Under the pieces are notes generated by a model. It did not search any database. It worked only from the letters and a program-made list of their open reading frames with translations, and had not been told where the DNA came from. A DNA stretch of 64,000 bases from Promethearchaeota archaeon (lineage in GTDB: Archaea; Asgardarchaeota; Lokiarchaeia; Sigyniarchaeales; SOKP01), in NCBI GenBank assembly GCA_016839765.1, contig JAEOTP010000068.1, positions 27,218 through 91,217 on the forward strand. The letters run 5' to 3'. The position numbers were made by a program, and so were the translations under genes. Position 1 is the first letter of the stretch, and each line of letters begins with the position of its first letter. Shown in pieces: positions 1-10,257 of the stretch.

Positions 1-890
1 ATTCCAGGTTTTGGTTTAATACTTCCTAATAATACATATTTTGAAATCTCAGAGAGATATTCATAAACTGATTGTCCTTCCTTTAATTTTCCCTCTTTTT
101 CTAAAAACCGTCTTCTACCCAACATCTTAGCAATAGCAATTCCTGCTCTAATAGATGCTGGTATTTCAATATCTATTTTATTTCTTCTAGTTTCATCGAT
201 TATCGAATAAATCAACTCTAGCTCAGACTCTTCGACAATAAAATACTCAGGTAAATTAATTCTTATAATATCTAATTCAGTAGTTTTATCTGGATAAGTT
301 AATTTAATCCACACTTTAATTCTATCTTTTAAAGCTTCTGAAAGCCGATGTGTTCCAGATAATTCCTCTGGGTTCATCGCAGAAATGAAGAAGAAATCAT
401 CATCTGCTTTGATTCTACCTAAATGGGGAATTCCAATTGAAGCTTCTTCTAAAGGTTCCAAAAGTGTATTTTGTGAATATTCTGTGGCTCGATTGATTTC
501 ATTTGCTAAAAATGTCCCTCCTTCTAGCATAGCACTTAATAAAGGGCCTGGATTAAATGCTTCAAGCACGAAACCTTTTTTTAAAGTTATTGCTGGATCA
601 AAAGAGCCAATAAAATGTGATGGTTTAATTGATTCATCAAGAGTCATCCAGTAAAAGCTTTTATTTTTTTTCTCTTTTACTCTTAAACTCGCGAAGTATC
701 TACATAGAATGGTTTTTCCAACACCTGGAGGACCAACGAGGGCTGGAAATAAACCAGTGGCCTCAGCATCCCTTAATAATTCTAAAGCTTTTCCATATTG
801 ACCAGATAATACAATTTTAATATCTTCTTCAGAAATATCCTTGATAAGATGTTGACTAAATAATTGTTCAAATCTTTCTTTATTTATCAT
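1..890 (-). CDS. MoxR/AAA_5-family AAA+ ATPase (3' end outside the window)
   Basis: Not in ORF track. Hand translation from ATG at 890: MINKERFEQ..., Walker A VGPPGVGKT, Walker B region GGTFLANEINRA; frame still open at window edge. Confidence 0.85.
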   Translation of the reverse strand, partial: MINKERFEQLFSQHLIKDISEEDIKIVLSGQYGKALELLRDAEATGLFPALVGPPGVGKTILCRYFASLRVKEKKNKSFYWMTLDESIKPSHFIGSFDPAITLKKGFVLEAFNPGPLLSAMLEGGTFLANEINRATEYSQNTLLEPLEEASIGIPHLGRIKADDDFFFISAMNPEELSGTHRLSEALKDRIKVWIKLTYPDKTTELDIIRINLPEYFIVEESELELIYSIIDETRRNKIDIEIPASIRAGIAIAKMLGRRRFLEKEGKLKEGQSVYEYLSEISKYVLLGSIKPKPG

Positions 891-1167
891 ACCAATTTCT
901 CAAATGAATTATAGAGATAAATATCTAATCCTTTATGGGAATATTAAGTTAATGATGATTTAAAACTTTAAAGTTAATAAGTTAAAATGGATTCTAATCC
1001 AGAAACAGAATAAGGTAAAGCTTTTTAAAAATTTTAAATTTCTTTTTTAAATCTTATTTTAAATAATATTTTGTGCCTAATAATATCTGATAATAATCAA
1101 GATTAACAAATATATTGTTTTAAATGATTTAATATTATAGGTAACTAAAAAAGGTTTATAATAAAAT

Positions 1168-2097
1168 TTGCCCGAGAAAAATCATTACCAGAAATCAATA
1201 ATTCGATATTTTGAATCAGAAAATCAATTGGATTTATTCATTTCATCCAAAAGAAATGAAAATAAGAAAAATAAAACTATAGTTGGAACACCTCATCCTT
1301 TCTTAAAATGGGCAGGTGGAAAAAGACAATTAATTTCCCAATTAGATAAATTTATTCCCCTTAACTTTAATAAATATATTGAACCATTTGTGGGGGGAGG
1401 AGCACTATTTTTTTATTTATTGCCAACAAATGCTATTTTAATAGATAATAATCTAGAACTAATCAATTGTTATAGAGTTATAAAAGAAGAGGTCGAGAGT
1501 TTAATATTATCTTTAGAAAAGCATAAATATGAACAAGAATACTATTATAGAATTCGCGCTATGGACCGTAATCCTCAAATATTTATGAATCTAACTGATA
1601 TTGAGAAAGCTTCAAGAACTATATTTCTGAATAAGTCGGGATACAATGGTTTATATAGAGTTAATAGTAAAGGCTTTTTTAATGTACCATTTGGAAGGCA
1701 TAAAAACCCAAATATATGTGATAAAGAAAACTTAAAAGCTGTGCATAAAATTTTAAAAAATATAAAAATTATTCATGGTTCCTTTGAATTATGTCTAAAT
1801 TATGCTGAGAAGGATGATTTTATTTATTTAGATCCACCTTATTATCCTCTTTCAGATACAGCCTTGTTTACTAGTTATACTAAACAGGATTTTGGACAAG
1901 AATCCCAAATAAAACTATATGAAGTCTTTAAAGAGTTGGATAAAAAAGGATGCCAATTGCTATTAAGTAATTCTTACTGTGATTTTATTTTGGATTTATA
2001 TAGAGATTATAGGATTATTACTTTAAAAGCCAAAAGAGCTATTAATTCTATTTCTTCTAAAAGAGGAGAGATAAATGAAGTGTTAATTATGAATTAA
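1168..2097 (+). CDS. dam: Dam/DpnM-type (D12 class) N6-adenine DNA methyltransferase
   Basis: Motifs KWAGGK, EPFVGGGA, YNGLYRVNSKG and DPPY. Confidence 0.9.
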   Translation: MPEKNHYQKSIIRYFESENQLDLFISSKRNENKKNKTIVGTPHPFLKWAGGKRQLISQLDKFIPLNFNKYIEPFVGGGALFFYLLPTNAILIDNNLELINCYRVIKEEVESLILSLEKHKYEQEYYYRIRAMDRNPQIFMNLTDIEKASRTIFLNKSGYNGLYRVNSKGFFNVPFGRHKNPNICDKENLKAVHKILKNIKIIHGSFELCLNYAEKDDFIYLDPPYYPLSDTALFTSYTKQDFGQESQIKLYEVFKELDKKGCQLLLSNSYCDFILDLYRDYRIITLKAKRAINSISSKRGEINEVLIMN

Positions 2098-2214
2098 AAA
2101 AATATTGTTATGCTCCTTTAATTATTTCCTCGAAATCTTTTTTAATCTATAAATCTATAATTTAAATCGTTGTACTTATTATTATTAAATAATTCTTGAT
2201 TTTGGTGATTAAAA

Positions 2215-4593
2215 ATGCAGTTAAAGCAGACATCTCATCTAAATTATGAGGATAGAATCCTTAAAATGAAAAATAAAGTGGTCACAGCTCCACATGAAGT
2301 ATGTATTGAGAGAGCAAAATTATTCACAGAATCGTATAAAAAAACTAAAGGAGAAAGTCCTGTTATTCGCTTTGCAAAAGCAATGGAAAATTTATTATTG
2401 AATATGACCATAGAAATTTGGGAAGACGAATTAATTGTAGGAAATCAATGTAAAAAGTTTTTTGGAACTCCATTATATCCTGAAATAAATGTGGAGTTTC
2501 TAGAACAGGATGTGGATACTTTTGAAAATCGCCTTGCGCAAAAAATGCATATTTCGGACGAGGAAAAACAAATTTTTAAGGAAGAAATTTTACCTTTTTG
2601 GAAAAGTGAGGAAAGTACTTTAAAAGAGCACTTTTTAGAAAGTTTAGATCCACAAGTGAAAAATATTATGGATTCATTAGTCTTTCTAGTTGAAACAGAA
2701 TTAACTAATGGTATTGGTCATTTTTTCCCAGGTCATGAAAATATTTTAAAACATGGATTAAACGGTTTGATTAAAAAGGCAAAAATCAAGTTGAAAGGAT
2801 TTTCCGTTGATACTCAAAAAGTGTCTTTTTTACAGTCTGTTATTATTGTATGTACTGCAGCCAAATCATTTATTAAAAGATTTTCATCTCTAGCAAAGAA
2901 AATGGCGGAAAAAGAAACAAATTCCGAACGACATAAGAAACTTATAGAAACTTCAGAAATTTGCTTAAATATATCTGAAAATCCTCCAAAAACTTTTAAA
3001 GAAGCACTTCAATTGGTATATTTTAATCATCTTATATGTAGACTGGAAGATGGGGGATATGCTATCAGTATTGGGCGCCTTGACCAATTACTTTATCCAT
3101 TTTTTATGAATGACATAAATATCGGAATTATTACTAAGGAAGAAGTTAAATTTTTAATTGAATGCTTTTTTCTGAAATTAACAACTTTATGGAATTATGT
3201 CTTTTATTTAGCTATTAGTGCAGCAGAAGGACCTCCAATTACCGAGAATGTTACGATTGGGGGTTTAGATCGAAAAGGAAGTGATGCTACTAATGAATTG
3301 TCATATATTATACTAGATGCATATACTCAAATCCAGACAGTTCAACCCACATTTTCGATAAGAATTCATCAAAACACTCCAGGAGATTTCTTAATTAAAA
3401 TTGCAAAATCCGTTAAATCAGGCACAAGTATAGCTTTATTTAATGATGATTTAATGATAAGAGGTCTTATAAATCGTGGTTTTACCCTCGAAGATGCACG
3501 AGAGTATGCACCAATTGGATGTGTAGAACCTCAACATCCAAGTAAATCATTTGGTTCAACAAATGCATGCCAACTTAATATTGTTAAATGTTTAGAATTA
3601 GCCTTAACAAATGGAAGCGATATTTTCATCAGAAGAGAAATTGGAATAAAGAGTGATAAAAAAATTAAATCTTACCAAGATCTCTGGGATTCTTTTTTAG
3701 AACAGATGAGATTTTTTATAAAAAATATGGTCTTAACAATGGATACACTCGATAGGACTATTGCTAAATTCAATCCGCAACCCTATTTATCTTCTACTAT
3801 TGATAATTGTATCGAAAAGGGCTTAGATGTAACTCAGGGTGGTGCGATATATAATTTTACAGGACCCCAGTTAATTGGTTTGGCAACAGTTGCAGATAGC
3901 TTAGCAGTAATTAAAAAATTTGTTTTTGAGGATAAAATAATTTCATTCGAGGAAATGGTACAAATACTTATGAAGAATTTTAGAGGAATTTACCAAGGAA
4001 AAAAGGGTTCTGAGTGGAGGGAACTCTTTATAAACAAAGTTCCGAAATTTGGGAATGATAATGATTATGTAGATCAAATTGCTGTAGATATTGTCAAAGA
4101 ATACTGTAATGAAATTTCAAAATATAATAATTATCGTGGTGGTAGCTTTAATCCAGGGGTATATTCCACTTCTTTTCATTTAACATTTGGATCTTTTACA
4201 GGTGCATCAGCTGATGGACGAAAGTCTAGAGATCCACTCTCAAACGGTGTGGGACCTACTCATGGAAGAGATAAAAATGGTCCAACCGCAATTCTCAATT
4301 CAGTAAAAAAATTAGATACTGAATTAATAACTAATGGTACTTCTTTAATATTAGATTTTCATCCAAATACTATTAAAGAAGATATCTTTGTACCATTGAT
4401 CAAATCATATTTTGAACCTAATGGGGGATATCACATACAATTTAATGTTATTCGCAAAGATACATTATGTAAGGCGCAGCAAAACCCTGATGATTATCGT
4501 GGTTTAGTTGTAAGAATTGCTGGATATTCAGTCTTATTTACAGAGCTCTCAAAACCCGCACAGGATGATATAATCGCAAGAACCCAATATTAA
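2215..4593 (+). CDS. Glycyl-radical enzyme, PFL2/dehydratase-like
   Basis: C-terminal RIAGYS glycyl loop; single-Cys GCVEP motif; SIGRLDQ; GGTGA SD upstream. Confidence 0.9.
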   Translation: MQLKQTSHLNYEDRILKMKNKVVTAPHEVCIERAKLFTESYKKTKGESPVIRFAKAMENLLLNMTIEIWEDELIVGNQCKKFFGTPLYPEINVEFLEQDVDTFENRLAQKMHISDEEKQIFKEEILPFWKSEESTLKEHFLESLDPQVKNIMDSLVFLVETELTNGIGHFFPGHENILKHGLNGLIKKAKIKLKGFSVDTQKVSFLQSVIIVCTAAKSFIKRFSSLAKKMAEKETNSERHKKLIETSEICLNISENPPKTFKEALQLVYFNHLICRLEDGGYAISIGRLDQLLYPFFMNDINIGIITKEEVKFLIECFFLKLTTLWNYVFYLAISAAEGPPITENVTIGGLDRKGSDATNELSYIILDAYTQIQTVQPTFSIRIHQNTPGDFLIKIAKSVKSGTSIALFNDDLMIRGLINRGFTLEDAREYAPIGCVEPQHPSKSFGSTNACQLNIVKCLELALTNGSDIFIRREIGIKSDKKIKSYQDLWDSFLEQMRFFIKNMVLTMDTLDRTIAKFNPQPYLSSTIDNCIEKGLDVTQGGAIYNFTGPQLIGLATVADSLAVIKKFVFEDKIISFEEMVQILMKNFRGIYQGKKGSEWRELFINKVPKFGNDNDYVDQIAVDIVKEYCNEISKYNNYRGGSFNPGVYSTSFHLTFGSFTGASADGRKSRDPLSNGVGPTHGRDKNGPTAILNSVKKLDTELITNGTSLILDFHPNTIKEDIFVPLIKSYFEPNGGYHIQFNVIRKDTLCKAQQNPDDYRGLVVRIAGYSVLFTELSKPAQDDIIARTQY

Positions 4594-4702
4594 TCTTTTT
4601 TAATTTCGATTATCTCGTTAATTACTATATTAGCATATGTTTAAAAATGAAAAAAAATATTAGAGATACTTGTTTTAATTAAATAACAAAATTATTAAAA
4701 AA

Positions 4703-4802
4703 GGGCCTGTAGATTAGTCGCAGATCACTTGTAGTTTGGTTCAAATTACGGATAAATTGATTCGCATTCAAGAGGCCGCGGGTTCAATTCCCGCCAGGTC
4801 CA
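4703..4802 (+). tRNA. tRNA-Ala(CGC) with 28-nt intron at 27/28 (4729-4756)
   Basis: Acceptor GGGCCTG/CAGGTCC with G3:U70; T arm GCGGG-TTCAATT-CCCGC; spliced anticodon arm CTTGA-TTCGCAT-TCAAG. Confidence 0.9.
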
Positions 4803-4888
4803 CTTATCATTAAAAAAATAAGTATATAATTCTATATTCGTCCAGAACAACAATCTTAAATTAAAAATTACATTAAAATTGACTTAAG

Positions 4889-7636
4889 ATGATTGATTTT
4901 AACAATTTACCACGAGTACATGATCCACAGAAAATTGAAAAGGGTATTTATGAATGGTGGGAATCACAAGGATATTTTCGCCCTGAAAAACAACGGGAAT
5001 TAAATTTAGTAGAAAAAGACGGACCCCGTTTTTGTATTACACTTCCTCCTCCTAATGTAACTGGTGTACTTCATCTAGGTCATGCGATAGTCCTTACTCT
5101 TGAAGATCTGATGACGCGTTATGAACGTATGAAACAAAAAGAAACCTTATTTCTTCCAGGAACTGACCATGCAGGTATAGCAACTCAAAATGTTGTAGAA
5201 CGGGAATTAGCTAAACAAGGGGTTTACAGAAAAGAAATTGGCCGAAAAAAATTTTTAGAAGAAGTGTGGAATTGGATAAATAGAAACCAGAGTATAATTT
5301 TAGGTCAATCCAAAAGTATGGGGGTCTCATGTGATTGGAATCGTAATAGATTTACTTTGGATGAGAAGTATTATAAATCTGTAATAACTGCCTTTAAAAT
5401 TCTTTATGATAGAGGATTAATTTATAGAGGAAAATATTTGGTTAATTGGTGTCCTGGAAAGTGTGAGTCTGCAATTTCTAATCTAGAAGCAGAAGCCGAG
5501 GAACATGAAAGTCATTTATGGTATTTAAAATATCCAATTATAACGGATGAATGGAAGGGACCAAAAGCAGAGTGGGCATCTGGTAAATGGGCAGAAGGTG
5601 TAACAGAATTTATAATATTGGCAACAACTAGACCAGAAACATTATTAGGCGATACTGGAGTTGCAATCGCACCAAGGCATCCATATTACTCTAAATATGG
5701 AGGTAAAAAGGCCGTTTTACCAGTACTTGGTCGTGAAATCCCAATATTTGAGGATTCATATGTAGATCCAGAATTTGGAACTGGTGCTTTAAAAATCACT
5801 CCAGCTCATGATCCAAATGATTATGAAATTGGAATTAAGCTTGGTTTAGAAGCTATCACGGTAATAGATAAAACTGGTAAGATGGTTCCAAAATACTCAG
5901 GTAAATATGCTAATATGGATCGGTTTGAGTGTAGAGATGAAATTGTTAAAGATTTAGAAAAAGAAGGTCTAATAGAAAAAATTGAACCTTATACACATAT
6001 AATCGCCCATTGTCAAAGATGTAATGCAATAATTGAACCGAGAATTTCTACTCAATGGTTTATTAGAACTCGAACTATAGCAAGAGAAGCAATGGATATT
6101 GTAAGAAGTGGGTTAACAAGGATGATACCAGAAAGAGAAGAATTGCGGTTCTATCAGTGGATGGAAAAAATAGAAGATTGGTGTATCAGTCGTCAATTAT
6201 GGTGGGGTCATCAAATTCCAGTATGGTATTGTTCAAATGGCCATCAAATTTGTGAACCTGAAAAACCTAAACAATGTCCTACATGTAATGATAAAAAATT
6301 AAAGCAAGATGAGGACGTTTTAGATACTTGGTTCTCTTCTGGATTATGGCCATTTGCTACTTTAGGTTGGCCAGATCTAGAAAGTGAGGATTTCAAAAGA
6401 TATTATCCCAATGATATGCGAGAAACTGGATATGATATTCTTTTCTTTTGGGTAGCTCGGGAAATGATGTTAGGATTAGAATTGACAAAACAATCACCAT
6501 ACCAAATGGTTTATTTTCATGGAATTATTCGCAATGAACAGGGTAAAAAAATTAGTAAATCAATGGAAAATATCAAGGAATATGATCCTTTAAAAATTAT
6601 TGAAAAATATGGTGCAGATCCACTAAGATTCACATTTATAGCCAACATGATACCCGGTAGAGACTTAAATTTGGGGGAGGGCCTTCTTAAAGCTTCAAAA
6701 AATTTTTGTAATAAGATTTGGCAATCAACTAATTATATTTTAGGTAATTTGGATAAAGCATCTGAAATAGAAAGATTTACAGCCTCATACCCTATAGAAA
6801 AGCTTAAGACTGGAGACCATTGGATTCTTTCACGATTAAATCAAATGGTAAAAAAGATAAATAATTACTATGAGGAATATGATTATTTAAACGCATCTAG
6901 AGAAATACGATCATTTTTTTGGGATGAGTTTTGTGATTGGTATATTGAAATTTCTAAAATTCGAATTTATGATGAAAACGAGCGGAATAAAAATACACCT
7001 ATATCAATTTTAATTCATGTTTTAGAAATATCACTTCGACTCCTCCATCCCATCATCCCTTTTTTAACAGAAGCTTTATGGCAAAAACTACCTAATATAG
7101 TAAAAGATGGTCCTGCTTTAATAGTAGCAAAATGGCCTGAGCCTAATGAATCATTAATCAATGACATGTTTGATGAAAATTTTAATTTAATCATAACATT
7201 AATTCATGAGATTCGACGTGTAAGAAAGGAGTTTAATGTAAAACCTGGTTTGAAAATACCCTTAATTATACAAACTGGAGACAAACGAGAATTGGTTGAA
7301 AATAATGCTTTAGAAATTATCACTCTATCTCATATAGATAAAAATCAATTTAAACTTGATGAAGCTGAGGTACCTAAACATTCTGCTCAAATTATCCTTC
7401 AAGGTATCATAAGTTACCTTCCCTTAGAGGAAGTAATTGATTTAAAAATAGAAACAGAGCGAATTTCAAAACAACTCAAATCAATCGAGGAAAAAATACA
7501 AAAAAGTGAAAAAAAATTGAGTGGTCCTTTTACTAAGCGTGCAAATCCAGAAATAGTTCAAATCGAACGAGAAAATCTAGATGAATTAAAAGAAAGGAAG
7601 AAGATACTTGAAGATCAGCTTGAAATATTACGTTAA
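4889..7636 (+). CDS. valS: Valyl-tRNA synthetase (bacterial-type)
   Basis: PPPNVTGVLHLGH, PGTDHAGIATQ, DWCISRQLWWGH, KISKS; C-terminal coiled-coil arm. Confidence 0.97.
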   Translation: MIDFNNLPRVHDPQKIEKGIYEWWESQGYFRPEKQRELNLVEKDGPRFCITLPPPNVTGVLHLGHAIVLTLEDLMTRYERMKQKETLFLPGTDHAGIATQNVVERELAKQGVYRKEIGRKKFLEEVWNWINRNQSIILGQSKSMGVSCDWNRNRFTLDEKYYKSVITAFKILYDRGLIYRGKYLVNWCPGKCESAISNLEAEAEEHESHLWYLKYPIITDEWKGPKAEWASGKWAEGVTEFIILATTRPETLLGDTGVAIAPRHPYYSKYGGKKAVLPVLGREIPIFEDSYVDPEFGTGALKITPAHDPNDYEIGIKLGLEAITVIDKTGKMVPKYSGKYANMDRFECRDEIVKDLEKEGLIEKIEPYTHIIAHCQRCNAIIEPRISTQWFIRTRTIAREAMDIVRSGLTRMIPEREELRFYQWMEKIEDWCISRQLWWGHQIPVWYCSNGHQICEPEKPKQCPTCNDKKLKQDEDVLDTWFSSGLWPFATLGWPDLESEDFKRYYPNDMRETGYDILFFWVAREMMLGLELTKQSPYQMVYFHGIIRNEQGKKISKSMENIKEYDPLKIIEKYGADPLRFTFIANMIPGRDLNLGEGLLKASKNFCNKIWQSTNYILGNLDKASEIERFTASYPIEKLKTGDHWILSRLNQMVKKINNYYEEYDYLNASREIRSFFWDEFCDWYIEISKIRIYDENERNKNTPISILIHVLEISLRLLHPIIPFLTEALWQKLPNIVKDGPALIVAKWPEPNESLINDMFDENFNLIITLIHEIRRVRKEFNVKPGLKIPLIIQTGDKRELVENNALEIITLSHIDKNQFKLDEAEVPKHSAQIILQGIISYLPLEEVIDLKIETERISKQLKSIEEKIQKSEKKLSGPFTKRANPEIVQIERENLDELKERKKILEDQLEILR

Positions 7637-7731
7637 AAAAAGATATTCTAACAAAAAATTGTTAACTTCTCTATTTTAATATTTATACTTATAAGAGATT
7701 ACAAATTTACCTTTTGATAAAACGAGATTTA

Positions 7732-8457
7732 ATGAAGAATGGAAAATTAGTAGTTGTAATTCCAGCGTATAATGAAGAAAATACTATCCTTAAAGTAATT
7801 AATAATATTCCATCAATTGTAAATCTAAAGCAAGAAGTAATCGTAATTGATGATGGAAGCACTGATAAAACATTTAAACTGGTAAAAAGTACAGGTGTAA
7901 CAATAATTTCTAACATGAAAAATTTAGGATTAGGATATACTTTCAAATGCGGTTTAATAAATTCATTAAAAAATGGAGCAGACATCATTGTAATTTTAGA
8001 TGGTGATGGACAATACAATCCAAAAAACTTAGAATCCCTGATATTTCCAATATTAAATAACCAGGTGGATATAGTAATTGGAAATCGTTTTTTATATGAA
8101 ACTTCATATGAACTCAATTTTATAAAGAAATTAGGAAATAGATTATTATCTATATTTTTATCTAAAATATTATTAAAACTTGATCAAGTTTATGATATAC
8201 AATCATCATATAGGGCATTTAATGGAAAAATTGCAAAATTTCTTGTAAGAAATCTAAAAGGACATTATAATTATGCGCAAGAAATGTTTATTCTATGCTG
8301 TCTATATGGTTTCAAAATAAAGCAGATCCCTGTTGAATGTTATAAAAGAACTTCTGGTAAATCAAGACTAATTAAAAATCCTATTATTTACTTATTTAAG
8401 ATCCTTTGGGTGATTTTTAAGACATATTTAAAAATTAAAATTAAATTATTAAAATAA
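7732..8457 (+). CDS. GT2 family glycosyltransferase (DPM1-like)
   Basis: VVIPAYNEE, IDDGSTD, LDGDGQ. Confidence 0.9.
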   Translation: MKNGKLVVVIPAYNEENTILKVINNIPSIVNLKQEVIVIDDGSTDKTFKLVKSTGVTIISNMKNLGLGYTFKCGLINSLKNGADIIVILDGDGQYNPKNLESLIFPILNNQVDIVIGNRFLYETSYELNFIKKLGNRLLSIFLSKILLKLDQVYDIQSSYRAFNGKIAKFLVRNLKGHYNYAQEMFILCCLYGFKIKQIPVECYKRTSGKSRLIKNPIIYLFKILWVIFKTYLKIKIKLLK

Positions 8458-8464
8458 GACTATC

Positions 8465-9199
8465 CTAGGGTTGTTCTTTATCGATTCCTAGTTGTGTAAT
8501 CATCATTCTTTTAAGTTCTTCCTTATTTTTAGGCAGGCCAAACATATCAGCATATTTATCAGTCGTTGTTAATTCATGAGTTCTTCCTTTTTTCACAGCA
8601 GATATGAGGTCGTTATCTAAAAGATATTTAATATGCTCATAAGCACCACTTCCCCTTATTTTTACGACAGTTGATTTTAAAATTGGTTGTTTTAATGCAA
8701 TTACGGTTAAGGTTCTTAAATTAGCTTCTGAAATACCACCTCCTTTTGCAAATTTTGAAACGCGCTCTGTGTATTCTGGTCTTAATTGCATTTGAAACCT
8801 TTCGCCAACCTGGGCAATTATAAGTGCACTTGAGCGTTCTAAATAGTCAAAGGCTAGTTGGTTGACCAATTTCTCGACTTCTTTTTTTGGAAGCTCTAAT
8901 TTAGTGGATAATTCTTCAATGTCTAATGGTCTTCCTGAAGCATAAAGTGCTCCTTCAATTAAATTTCTATTTAGTTCCGTTAATTCAATTTGTATAGCAA
9001 ATTCTGATTCTTGAGAGCTATTTTCTTGTTCTAATCCAGATCCAACTCCTATTCCGTTTAATTTTTCATTTGTTAAAGATATTGTTTGATCTTCTTCATC
9101 ATTTTCATCATTTGTCTGCGATCCATCGTTAGATTTCTCTTCCTCATTATTTATTTGATTATTACCCACAAATTTATAATTATCATCATTATCTTTCAT
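8465..9199 (-). CDS. scpB: SMC-ScpAB KITE subunit ScpB
   Basis: IEGALYASGRPL, LRTLTVIALKQP, IRGSGAYEHI, FGL motifs; acidic N-terminal extension; operon position. Confidence 0.92.
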   Translation of the reverse strand: MKDNDDNYKFVGNNQINNEEEKSNDGSQTNDENDEEDQTISLTNEKLNGIGVGSGLEQENSSQESEFAIQIELTELNRNLIEGALYASGRPLDIEELSTKLELPKKEVEKLVNQLAFDYLERSSALIIAQVGERFQMQLRPEYTERVSKFAKGGGISEANLRTLTVIALKQPILKSTVVKIRGSGAYEHIKYLLDNDLISAVKKGRTHELTTTDKYADMFGLPKNKEELKRMMITQLGIDKEQP

Positions 9200-9225
9200 A
9201 AAATTTCTCCTAATAGTGTAAATTA

Positions 9226-10242
9226 TTATTTCTTTAGGGTAATCACAAAATCCTTAAAATCTTCATCTTGAGATAAAGTTAGCCTACTATTATTAGATAA
9301 AAACATTAATGCTAAGAACATTCTTACAAACGCAAACTTTTTATCTATATCATTTTCTTCTTCATTTTTAATTATTTCAGTTATATCGAAAAAACTCGTT
9401 TCCTTATTATCAAATTCTGTTTTTGCCTTTATTCTATTATACCAAGAATCGTGTAATTCTTCTATACTTTGTTCTCTACCACTAATATGTTTTAATAACT
9501 CTTTTGGTAATCTGGCGTTTGATTTCATATGTATTCTTTGTTCCTTTAATTCATCTCTACGTAATCGTCGCCTTCTTAGCTTTTCTTTATTTTGCATTGT
9601 TTCTATAATTGCTGATCGCATTGCTTCAAACAATTCTTCCTTAGTAGATACTAGTAATTTTGGTTGAATGGGTTGAGGTAAGGTTTTAGGAATTGATCTC
9701 CCATGTCTTTGTCTGAATTTTTCAAGTTCTTCTTTTTTTTGAATTATTTCTTCTTCCTTTATAATACTCGATATTTTATAATGATGTAAATAAGCAGAAT
9801 TTTTTAGGGCAATTCCAGAAATTTTATAATTGATCAATTCTTCGTGAAGCATATTGCTAAAGAATTTATCAACTAGGGAAGCTAAATCATAAAAAGCTAT
9901 ATCTGAATCTTTTGCTAATTCAAAATCTAGTAAGCTAGAAAAAGGAGGTTTTTGCCAAAATTTTAACTCCAGTCTTTCTTTTTGTAATAGAGCAGGATCT
10001 TCTTCTTCGCCCGCTATTAATTCTTCTTCTAAAACCTCATCTAACTCATCTTCCTTGGTTCTATCTATAAATTCAGGATGGGATACTACATCATTCAGTA
10101 ATTTTATTATATCATTCTTTTTAGATTTAGAGGGGATAGTTATATTATTCTGTGTAGCAAAATCTCTTAACTCTTTTACAGTCCAATCTTTAAAATTATA
10201 TCCCTCCTTTATGCCATTTTCTTTCGAAATTTCTAGCACCAC
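9226..10242 (-). CDS. scpA: Kleisin ScpA with extra N-terminal SAP/Rho-N-like domain
   Basis: Kleisin N-domain (DLASLVDKF...ISGIALKNSA..HHYK); C-terminal winged helix (FLALMFL...LSQDEDF); lies between smc and scpB. Confidence 0.8.
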   Translation of the reverse strand: MVLEISKENGIKEGYNFKDWTVKELRDFATQNNITIPSKSKKNDIIKLLNDVVSHPEFIDRTKEDELDEVLEEELIAGEEEDPALLQKERLELKFWQKPPFSSLLDFELAKDSDIAFYDLASLVDKFFSNMLHEELINYKISGIALKNSAYLHHYKISSIIKEEEIIQKKEELEKFRQRHGRSIPKTLPQPIQPKLLVSTKEELFEAMRSAIIETMQNKEKLRRRRLRRDELKEQRIHMKSNARLPKELLKHISGREQSIEELHDSWYNRIKAKTEFDNKETSFFDITEIIKNEEENDIDKKFAFVRMFLALMFLSNNSRLTLSQDEDFKDFVITLKK

Positions 10243-10257
10243 ATTTTTTTGATAAAT

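Noticed and set aside
2215-4593. True pyruvate formate-lyase (pflB)
   Set aside because: Lacks the adjacent Cys-Cys pair.
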